A stretch of DNA of 64,000 nt. Source: Ahniellaceae bacterium. Lineage in GTDB: Bacteria; Pseudomonadota; Gammaproteobacteria; Xanthomonadales; Ahniellaceae. The position numbers and the translations under genes are program-made. The DNA is taken from the NCBI GenBank assembly GCA_044229785.1, contig JBGASK010000004.1, forward strand, positions 138 through 64,137, in the 5' to 3' direction. Positions 58,022-64,000 of this stretch are shown piece after piece; the stretch's first letter is position 1, and each line of letters begins with the position of its first letter. The notes beneath the pieces are model-generated. The model was not told the origin of the DNA, ran no database searches, and saw only the letters and a list, made by a program, of their open reading frames with translations.

Positions 58022-61000
58022 GCACGACGAGGACCCGTGGACCGAACGCATCCGCCAGCAGCTCGATCACACCGCCCGCGATCTGGATGCGGCGACCTTG
58101 TCGCGGCTGAACCAGGCGCGGCAGACGGCCCTGCAGGCGGCCCGATCGCCGAGACCGCGTCCGTGGCTGTGGCCGGCGGCCTGCGCGACCGCGGGCTCGC
58201 TGGCGCTGGCCGTCGCGATCTGGCCGCATGTCGTTCCGCCGACCGTGCCGGTGCCCGCAGCCACGACGCAGCCCGAGGATTTCACGATGCTGGCCGGCGA
58301 CGAACAGCTCGATCTCTACCAGGAGCTCGATTTCTATGCCTGGCTGGATGCGCAGCCGCAATCGGGTTGATGCTGCCGGCGCGGGCCGCCGAAACGACGC
58401 CCAGCGCGGAGATGCTGCTGTACCTTGCCGAATTCGCCGACGACAGCGGCCAGCCCGAAGACCCTGTCGCGTTGACCACCGATCGACCCGCCCCGAATCC
58501 CGCCCCCACCAACCGCGAAGTTCCCGCTCCCGACGATGCGCCCGCCCGAACCCCGCCCGAGCCCCAAGCCGATGACTAGCCTGCGTGCGCTGTGTTGCGC
58601 GTTGCTGCTGGTCGTGGGCGCCGTATCCGCGGGCGATCGCATCGGTTTCGAGGACCTGACCCCGGCCGAGCAGGGCGTGCTGATGCCGTTCTCGGAACAA
58701 TGGGCGAGCCTGCCGCCGGAAACGCAGCAGAACCTGCGCCTCGGCGCGCAGCGCTGGAATGGCATGAATCCGCAGCAGAAGCGCGATGCGGCGCGCCGTT
58801 TCGGCGACTGGCAGAAATTGCCGGACACCGAGAAGCGCCGCGTGCGCGAGCGCTACCGTGCGTTCCGGCAACTGCCGCCGGACCAGCAGCAACGCCTGCG
58901 CGGGGCCTACCAGCGTTTCCAGCAGTTGCCGCCCGAACAGCGCGCGCAGATGCGGCGCAAGTTCGAACGCATGTCGCCGGGTGAGCGTCGTGCCTGGCTC
59001 GAAGGCATGCGTGCCGAACAGCAGATGGGTGCGCGCGAGCGCATGCTGCAGCAGATTCCGGCCGGGCAACGCGCCGCGATGCAGGAGATGGTGGCGCGGT
59101 TCACGCCGGCGGAACGCCAGCGCGTGCTCGCACGCCTGCGGGAACTGGGGCCCGAAGAACGGCGCGCTTTTCACGACAAGCTGCTGGCGATGGCGCAATG
59201 GCGGGTGCTGCAGACGCGGCAATTCCACGAAGAAGGTGGCGCCGCGGCCGATGCCCTCGGATTCCGCGCGCACGCTGCCGCCGTGCAGTTCGATCAGGTC
59301 CTTGACGATGGCCAGACCGAGCCCGGTCGAACTTTCGCCGGCAGTCGGGCGCGCCGACAGCCGCTGGAAGCGCTTGAACAGTTGTCGCCGATCATCGGCC
59401 GAAAGGCCCGGTCCGTAGTCGCGGATGGCGACGCGCGCGCGCTCGGCGTCGAGTTCGATCCAGACTTCGATCAGGCCCTTCAGCGGCGAGAATTTCAGTG
59501 CATTGGTCAGCAGATTCTCGAAGACCTGGTCGAGACGTTCGACGTCGGCCAGCACGATGGCGCCGCTGGCGGCGCGGAAATCGATCTGCTGCTGCTTCGC
59601 CTGGGCGCGCGCGCCGACACGGCCGATGGCATCCGCCAGCAGCACGGACAGATCGCACGGCACCGGCTGCAGCTTGATCTGGCCGGCGTCGAGCACGGCC
59701 GATTCGAGCAGATCGCTGACCAGCTTGAGCGTGCGTTCGGCGGCCGCGCCGATGATGCCGGCATGGCGGCGGGCATCGTCGATGGATTCGCGTTCGCTGC
59801 GGATCAGCTCGGCGAAACCGATGATCGAGCCGAGCGGATTGCGCAAGTCGTGCGCAGCGATGCCGAGCATTTCCGTCTTGATGCGGTCCGCTTCTTCGGC
59901 GCGGGCGCGGGCGAGCTCTGCGGCCTGCAGCGCCACGCCGAGGCGAGCGTTCGCTTCGGCGCGTTCGCGCGCGGCGCGGCGGCTTTCGACGAAGCGCACC
60001 GTCAGCAGCACGGCGATGCCGGCGAGCAGGATCACGGCTGCGGCCAATGCCCGCTTGAGCAACGTCTCCTGCGCCAGGATCTCGGCCTGCTGTTCGCTGG
60101 CTGCACGCAGGGCCAGCAGTTCGCGCTCGCGTTCGCGCATGTTCGCCGCGTTCGCGAGCAGTGCGTAACGCGCGTCGCTCTGCTCCTGGAACTGGCGCTC
60201 GCGCAGTTCGTGCGCGGTCTTCAGGTCGGTCAGCGCCTGGGCCGTGTCGCCCTGCAGTTCGTGGATGTCGGCCAGTTGCCGATGCAGGCCGATCTGCAGC
60301 GAACGATCGCTCTCGCCCTGGCGTCCCAGTTGCAGCGCGCGCCGGGTGAAATCGAGCGCGCGCTGCAGGCGGTCGCGGCGGCGCGTGCCCGACAATTCGT
60401 CGCCGGCTCGGCTGAAGTGCCAGCGCCCGAGTTCCGCCAGCGCATCGATCATCTCGGCGCGGGCGCCGACGCGGGTGGCCAGGGTCAGCGCCTGTTCGAG
60501 TCGCGAGACCGCGGCGGTTTCGTCGCCGCGCGCCGCCGCGACGCGCGCCAGTCCTGCCCGCGCCGCGCTTTCGCCGACCACGTCGCGATGTTCGGTCTGC
60601 AGGTCGAGCGCGCGCGTGAAGGCGTATTCGGCCTGATCGACGAGGCCGCGCGCCAGCGCGATCCGACCCTGCCCGAGCCAGATTGCGGCGACGTCCTGGG
60701 GCGGCACCAATGCCTTGTTCGCATAGGTGTCGTATTGGCTGAGCGCGGCCTCGTAGTGGCGTTGCGCGTCGTTCCAGGCCTGGCGACGCTCGAATACGCG
60801 GGCGATGTTGATCGAGGAGGCGATCAGGCCGGGCAGGTCGTCGAGGTCGCGCCACAGATTCTGTACGCGCTGGTGCCGATCCAGGGCCTCCGCATCGAGT
60901 CCCTGGCGCTCGAGCACCGTGCCATAACTGTTGCCCACCTTGGCGATCAGGCGCGGGTCGCCGAGGGCTTCGGCGGCGGACAGGGCCTCCAGCAGATACC

Positions 61001-61337
61001 CGCTCGCCGCCTGCAGCTGGCCGCGCAGGCGGGCGATCCGGCCGAGGTTGTGCAGCGCCTCGATGCGACCGCTCTCGTAGCCGCTGTCGCGCGCGCCGAC
61101 GAATGCATCCGATGCCAGCTGTTCGGCACGGGTCGGGTCCGTGCGCGCCAGATTTTCGGCCGCGAGATTGATCTGGTCGATGCGGGTTTCGGCCAGCACC
61201 CGCTCGGCATCGGCGCGGGCGACCGACTCGTCGACCGCAGCATCGACGGCCGGGACCAGGAACAGCCACAACAGCAGCCATCCGAACCGACGGAACAGCG
61301 GGCGCGAGGGGCGGTGGCGGCAACGCGGGGCGGGCAT
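57957..61337 (-). CDS. TPR-repeat sensor histidine kinase; the homology-supported part is 59217..61337, and there is no in-frame stop until 57957
   Basis: Signal/TM then TPR-like repeats and a TM (AAAVILLAGIAVLL). HisKA H-box AAHDLRNPL and HATPase blocks (NLLTNALKFS, DYGPGL, GLGLAIVKDLIELHGG, GATFFVELP). After ...FFVELP the frame continues as R-rich antisense of the sigma operon. Confidence 0.7.
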   Translation of the reverse strand: MPAPRCRHRPSRPLFRRFGWLLLWLFLVPAVDAAVDESVARADAERVLAETRIDQINLAAENLARTDPTRAEQLASDAFVGARDSGYESGRIEALHNLGRIARLRGQLQAASGYLLEALSAAEALGDPRLIAKVGNSYGTVLERQGLDAEALDRHQRVQNLWRDLDDLPGLIASSINIARVFERRQAWNDAQRHYEAALSQYDTYANKALVPPQDVAAIWLGQGRIALARGLVDQAEYAFTRALDLQTEHRDVVGESAARAGLARVAAARGDETAAVSRLEQALTLATRVGARAEMIDALAELGRWHFSRAGDELSGTRRRDRLQRALDFTRRALQLGRQGESDRSLQIGLHRQLADIHELQGDTAQALTDLKTAHELRERQFQEQSDARYALLANAANMRERERELLALRAASEQQAEILAQETLLKRALAAAVILLAGIAVLLTVRFVESRRAARERAEANARLGVALQAAELARARAEEADRIKTEMLGIAAHDLRNPLGSIIGFAELIRSERESIDDARRHAGIIGAAAERTLKLVSDLLESAVLDAGQIKLQPVPCDLSVLLADAIGRVGARAQAKQQQIDFRAASGAIVLADVERLDQVFENLLTNALKFSPLKGLIEVWIELDAERARVAIRDYGPGLSADDRRQLFKRFQRLSARPTAGESSTGLGLAIVKDLIELHGGSVRAESEGIGRGATFFVELPRLQHPPLRHRQQLVVKSAPFFGPQFPQACEHALAFRRREPRHHLLHRGALPGRNLLQHALARTHLLFGTHAFEPGTTLTRRHAFELAPHLRALFGRQLLETLVGPAQALLLVRRQLPERTVALAHAALLGVRQFLPVAETARRIALLLRIHAIPALRAEAQVLLRFRRQARPLFRERHQHALLGRGQVLETDAIARGYGAHDQQQRATQRTQASHRLGARAGFGRAHRRERELRGWWGRDSGRVDRWSTRQGLRAGRCRRRIRQGTAASPRWASFRRPAPAASTRLRLRIQPGIEIELLVEIELFVAGQHREILGLRRGCGHRHGRRNDMRPDRDGQRQRARGRAGRRPQPRTRSRRSGRLQGRLPRLVQPRQGRRIQIAGGVIELLADAFGPRVLVVLSHDDAPVARAMPSSRATGGS
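58014..58370 (+). CDS. DUF3619-family protein (anti-sigma-like partner)
   Basis: Overlaps the sigma stop by 8 nt. Has LD..TLSRLN.AR..AL, one TM segment, and the terminal DLYQELDFYAWL motif remembered for DUF3619. Confidence 0.7.
   Translation: MAEHDEDPWTERIRQQLDHTARDLDAATLSRLNQARQTALQAARSPRPRPWLWPAACATAGSLALAVAIWPHVVPPTVPVPAATTQPEDFTMLAGDEQLDLYQELDFYAWLDAQPQSG
58370..58579 (+). CDS. Small Pro/Asp-rich hypothetical protein
   Basis: 69-codon ORF coupled to both neighbours (start overlaps the DUF3619 stop, stop overlaps the next start). Low-complexity C-terminus with no signal peptide, so this is uncertain. Confidence 0.3.
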   Translation: MLPARAAETTPSAEMLLYLAEFADDSGQPEDPVALTTDRPAPNPAPTNREVPAPDDAPARTPPEPQADD

Positions 61338-61478
61338 CGGAAACCTGGAACACGGCGCAGCGGGCGCGGCGTCAAGGATAACCGACGTGACGGATCGTCA
61401 CAGACCGGCGTTGCGCGCCTGTGCCTGCCGTTCAGCCCGGCAACATCCGCTTACAACCGCGATGCGCGACCGGCTTGA
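58572..61478 (+). CDS. DUF3106-domain protein; only the first ~215 codons look genuine, and there is no in-frame stop until 61478
   Basis: Signal peptide MTSLRALCCALLLVVGAVSA, then repeated W..(L/M)..E.(R/Q)..(L/M)R..(Y/F) helical units (DUF3106-like) up to about 59200. Beyond that the frame is the codon-aligned antisense of the kinase gene. Confidence 0.5.
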   Translation: MTSLRALCCALLLVVGAVSAGDRIGFEDLTPAEQGVLMPFSEQWASLPPETQQNLRLGAQRWNGMNPQQKRDAARRFGDWQKLPDTEKRRVRERYRAFRQLPPDQQQRLRGAYQRFQQLPPEQRAQMRRKFERMSPGERRAWLEGMRAEQQMGARERMLQQIPAGQRAAMQEMVARFTPAERQRVLARLRELGPEERRAFHDKLLAMAQWRVLQTRQFHEEGGAAADALGFRAHAAAVQFDQVLDDGQTEPGRTFAGSRARRQPLEALEQLSPIIGRKARSVVADGDARALGVEFDPDFDQALQRREFQCIGQQILEDLVETFDVGQHDGAAGGAEIDLLLLRLGARADTADGIRQQHGQIARHRLQLDLAGVEHGRFEQIADQLERAFGGRADDAGMAAGIVDGFAFAADQLGETDDRAERIAQVVRSDAEHFRLDAVRFFGAGAGELCGLQRHAEASVRFGAFARGAAAFDEAHRQQHGDAGEQDHGCGQCPLEQRLLRQDLGLLFAGCTQGQQFALAFAHVRRVREQCVTRVALLLELALAQFVRGLQVGQRLGRVALQFVDVGQLPMQADLQRTIALALASQLQRAPGEIERALQAVAAARARQFVAGSAEVPAPEFRQRIDHLGAGADAGGQGQRLFESRDRGGFVAARRRDARQSCPRRAFADHVAMFGLQVERAREGVFGLIDEAARQRDPTLPEPDCGDVLGRHQCLVRIGVVLAERGLVVALRVVPGLATLEYAGDVDRGGDQAGQVVEVAPQILYALVPIQGLRIESLALEHRAITVAHLGDQARVAEGFGGGQGLQQIPARRLQLAAQAGDPAEVVQRLDATALVAAVARADECIRCQLFGTGRVRARQIFGREIDLVDAGFGQHPLGIGAGDRLVDRSIDGRDQEQPQQQPSEPTEQRARGAVAATRGGHRKPGTRRSGRGVKDNRRDGSSQTGVARLCLPFSPATSAYNRDARPA

Positions 61479-61509
61479 GCCACCTGTCCCGACCGCGCAT
61501 GCTGTGCGC

Positions 61510-62229
61510 ATGGACGCTCCCATGATCCTGCTCGTCGACGACGACCACCGCCTGCGCGAACTGACCGCGCGCTATCTCGAAGGCCAGGGCTTTCGGGTGG
61601 CGCCGGTGGCGCACCTCGCCGGCATGCGCCGCGAGCTGGAAAAGCGCCATGTCGACCTGATCGTGCTCGACCTGATGCTGCCGGACGGCGACGGCCTGAC
61701 CGCATGCCGGGACCTGCGTGGCGCCGGCACGACGACGCCGGTGATCATGCTGACGGCGCGCGGCGAGGACATCGACCGCATCGTCGGGCTGGAAATCGGC
61801 GCCGACGACTATCTCGGCAAACCCTGCAATCCGCGCGAGCTGCTGGCGCGCATCCGCGCCGTGCTGCGCCGCCAGGCCGCGGCACCCGGCGCGGCGCCGC
61901 AGGTGCAGGCGGAGACGATCCGCTTCGGCCCCTTCGTGCTCGAGCTGCACACGCGCGTGTTGCGCCGCGGGGGTGTTCCGGAACTGCTGAGCAGCGGCGA
62001 ATTCGCCGTGCTGGCGGCCCTTGTGCGACACCCGCGCCAGACCCTGAGCCGCGACCGCTTGATGAACCTGACGCGCGGTCTCGACCATCAGGCCAGCGAC
62101 CGCTCCGTCGATGTGATGCTGTCGCGGTTGCGCAAGCTGATCGAGCCCGATCCGCGGCGTCCGCGCTGGCTGCAGACAGTGCGTCAGGTCGGCTACGTGT
62201 TCGTGCCCGATGCGGCAGATTCGCCATGA
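61510..62229 (+). CDS. ompR: OmpR response regulator
   Basis: ILLVDDD.RLRELTARYL..QGF.V, LDLMLPDGDGL, DRIVGLEIGADDYL.KPCNPRELLARIRAVLRR and GYVFVP closely parallel E. coli OmpR. Confidence 0.9.
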   Translation: MDAPMILLVDDDHRLRELTARYLEGQGFRVAPVAHLAGMRRELEKRHVDLIVLDLMLPDGDGLTACRDLRGAGTTTPVIMLTARGEDIDRIVGLEIGADDYLGKPCNPRELLARIRAVLRRQAAAPGAAPQVQAETIRFGPFVLELHTRVLRRGGVPELLSSGEFAVLAALVRHPRQTLSRDRLMNLTRGLDHQASDRSVDVMLSRLRKLIEPDPRRPRWLQTVRQVGYVFVPDAADSP

Positions 62230-63473
62230 GCCGACGCAGTCTGCGTTCGCGCCTGCTGCTGCTGCTCGCGGTCGTGGTCGGTGCGGTACTGCTGATCGCC
62301 GCCGCGGTGATGTCGCAGCAAACGCTGGGCGAAGGCGCGACGCGTCTGGCGCGCATGGTTACCGCGGCCGTCGCGGCGCTGGACCGCGCCCTGCCCCAGA
62401 ACACCGGCGAGGCCGAGCGCGCCTCGCTGGCGCGTCTCGGTGTGCAGCTGAGCGTCGGCCCGCCCGCGCACGAAACGCCGAACGCCCTGCTTGGCCTCGA
62501 AGTCCTGCGGCGACTGCAGGCCGAGCGATCGATTCCCGACGAGCTGCGGTTCTCGGGCGGCCCGCCGGTGCGCTTGTGGTTCCGCTCGCGCACCGTGCCG
62601 GACCTGTGGATCGGGCTGCCGCTGGAGCATCTGCGCGAACCGGTGGCGCGGGCCTCGGTCTGGATCCTGGTGCTGGCCGGTGTCGTGGTCTGGATCGCCG
62701 CCGGCGTGCTGGCGCGGCAGCTGTTGCGTCCGCTGGAACGGGTCGCGGCGGCGGCCGATGCGGTGCTGGCCGGTCGTCCGCCCGTCGATCTGCTCGACGG
62801 CGCCAGTCTCGAAGTCGCACGCCTGGTCGATGCCCTGACCGCGGCGGCCACCGTGCTGCACGATCAGAATGCGGCGCGCGAACGCATGCTCGTCGGTCTC
62901 TCGCATGACCTGCGCACGCCGTTGGCGCGCCTGCGTTTCGCGCTGGAACTGGGCGACGACGCCGATGCGCGGCAGCGCACCGGCATGATCGCGGATATCG
63001 ACGAGATGGATGCCCTGATCGGGGAGGCGTTGACCTTGGCGCGCGGGGGCGGCGACGAAGCACGCCGGAGCGTCGATCTGGTCCCCCTGCTGCAGGACCT
63101 GGCACGACGCGTCGGGGTGCAGGCGGATGTCCGTTGCGGGTCGCTGCCGGAGCGCTGCTTGGCAACGGTCCAGCCGCTGGGCTTGCGCCGCGCCCTGGGC
63201 AACCTGGTGCAAAACGCGCTGCGGCACGGCACGGCGCCGGTGCTGCTCGACCTCGACTGCAGCGACGCGGGGGTCGAGATCCGGGTGCAGGACGCCGGCC
63301 CCGGGCCGGAGCACGCCGATGCCGGCACCCGCGGTTTCGGCATCGGCTTGTCGGTGGTGCGCGCCGTTGCGGCCGCGCACGGCGGCGAACTCGTCCTGCG
63401 GACGCTGGATTCGGGGTTCGCAGCGATCCTGCGCTTGCCGGCTACGGTGCCCGCAGCTTCGCGATCCCGCTGA
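62226..63473 (+). CDS. envZ: EnvZ-type sensor histidine kinase
   Basis: ATGA overlap with ompR. Two TM segments, a HAMP-like segment, H-box GLSHDLRTPLARLR, N-box LVQNALRHG and the G-box. Confidence 0.85.
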   Translation: MSRRSLRSRLLLLLAVVVGAVLLIAAAVMSQQTLGEGATRLARMVTAAVAALDRALPQNTGEAERASLARLGVQLSVGPPAHETPNALLGLEVLRRLQAERSIPDELRFSGGPPVRLWFRSRTVPDLWIGLPLEHLREPVARASVWILVLAGVVVWIAAGVLARQLLRPLERVAAAADAVLAGRPPVDLLDGASLEVARLVDALTAAATVLHDQNAARERMLVGLSHDLRTPLARLRFALELGDDADARQRTGMIADIDEMDALIGEALTLARGGGDEARRSVDLVPLLQDLARRVGVQADVRCGSLPERCLATVQPLGLRRALGNLVQNALRHGTAPVLLDLDCSDAGVEIRVQDAGPGPEHADAGTRGFGIGLSVVRAVAAAHGGELVLRTLDSGFAAILRLPATVPAASRSR

Positions 63474-63843
63474 CCAGCCACCAGCGCCGGGCGTCGGCGT
63501 CGAAACGCCAGCGGAAGCGCTCGATGGTCGACCTGCCTTCCTGGGTATGGCGGTTCACGAAGTCGATCTGCGCCACCTGCTCGACTTCGGTCGGCGACAG
63601 CTGCACCGGCGGTTGTTCGCGGTAGCCGGCGATCTGCAGCTGCCGGAGTCGCTCGATGTCGAAGGCGCTGGGTCGGGGCGCTTCCGGCGCAAGGAAGCCG
63701 AGCGCGTCTTCGATGCTGCCCCAGCGCACCGCGGCTGCGTATTGGTCGAGCGTGGCGTCGAGCAGCTTGTCCTCGTCGCGGGTCGAACTGCAGGCGGCGA
63801 GGAACAGGGCCAGGACGGCGACGATACGCGGCAGCAGATGCAT
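63442..63843 (-). CDS. Lipoprotein, unknown function
   Basis: Lipobox LAAC after a hydrophobic leader. 133 aa. Its 3' end overlaps the envZ 3' end by 32 nt (convergent). Confidence 0.6.
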   Translation of the reverse strand: MHLLPRIVAVLALFLAACSSTRDEDKLLDATLDQYAAAVRWGSIEDALGFLAPEAPRPSAFDIERLRQLQIAGYREQPPVQLSPTEVEQVAQIDFVNRHTQEGRSTIERFRWRFDADARRWWLVSGIAKLRAP

Positions 63844-63844
63844 G

Positions 63845-64000
63845 TCAGGGACTCCGTTTGGCGACGAACTTTCCGAACATGCGGCAGGCGACGCCGCCGC
63901 CTTCGGCGACCGCGACCTCGGCCATCATGGTGATGCGGGCCTTGCCGCGCGCGCGCAGATCGGCCATGAACTGGTCCCAGTCCTGTCCGGGCTCGGCTGC
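63845..64000 (-). CDS. C-terminal end of a hotdog-fold thioesterase-like protein (YiiD C-terminal-like); the 5' end lies beyond the window
   Basis: My reverse-strand translation: ...EPGQDWDQFMADLRARGKARITMMAEVAVAEGGGVACRMFGKFVAKRSP*. The stop is 1 nt from the lipoprotein start. The family call comes from the remembered TIGR02447-like pattern. Confidence 0.4.
   Translation of the reverse strand, partial: AAEPGQDWDQFMADLRARGKARITMMAEVAVAEGGGVACRMFGKFVAKRSP

Overview
This is a high-G+C proteobacterial chromosomal window. Gene content looks Xanthomonadales/Lysobacterales-like, but that is inference only.

The core genes, left to right:
- A propeller-type sensor gene that runs off the left edge, then mutM.
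- A minus-strand operon: FAD/NAD-binding protein, a secreted protein and a small membrane protein.
- A sulfate-uptake cluster: Rrf2 regulator, YezD-like protein, OprO/P-type porin, sbp, cysT, cysW, cysA.
- An EamA transporter and recC-recB-recD.
- A P-domain/HYR surface protein with an IPTL-CTERM tail, followed by a rhomboid protease.
- aqpZ, a Fic protein, an alpha/beta hydrolase, YjdF, a UPF0149 protein, a VOC protein and an OYE-type flavoenzyme.
- An RND efflux operon with a divergent ArsR regulator.
- alkB with an AraC regulator, an ABC-F ATPase, puuE and priA.
- An ECF sigma / DUF3619 / DUF3106 operon convergent with a TPR histidine kinase.
- ompR-envZ, a lipoprotein and a partial thioesterase-like gene.

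The main discovery is that cysA is split by a 7,115-bp element (10719-17833).
- The element is bounded by 22-nt IS1-family-type inverted repeats, identical at 21 of 22 positions.
- It is flanked by an 8-bp target duplication, GTGCGTCC.
- It has a single-ORF IS1-family transposase at one end.
- It carries about 6 kb of passenger genes: a small HTH-like protein, three co-oriented secreted or lipoproteins including a 927-aa zinc-phospholipase-C-like protein, and a small basic protein.
- A palindrome repeated upstream of both the transposase and the HTH gene suggests element-encoded regulation.

Immediately after the cysA 3' remnant is a second, visibly less G+C-rich islet. It holds an 8-bp x5 tandem repeat, a phospholipase-A2-motif secreted protein, a membrane-anchored Sel1-like protein and a Fic enzyme with no recognisable inhibitory motif.

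Other points worth a second look:
- A DARS-like DnaA-box triad plus an IHF consensus site upstream of priA.
- A convergent gene junction where neither gene has a stop codon.
- A perfect CRP/Clp palindrome and an orphan terminator upstream of the IPTL-CTERM gene.
- Several decayed toxin-like remnants.

No rRNA, tRNA or CRISPR array was seen. All calls rest on reading the sequence and remembered family motifs. No searches were run and G+C was judged by eye.
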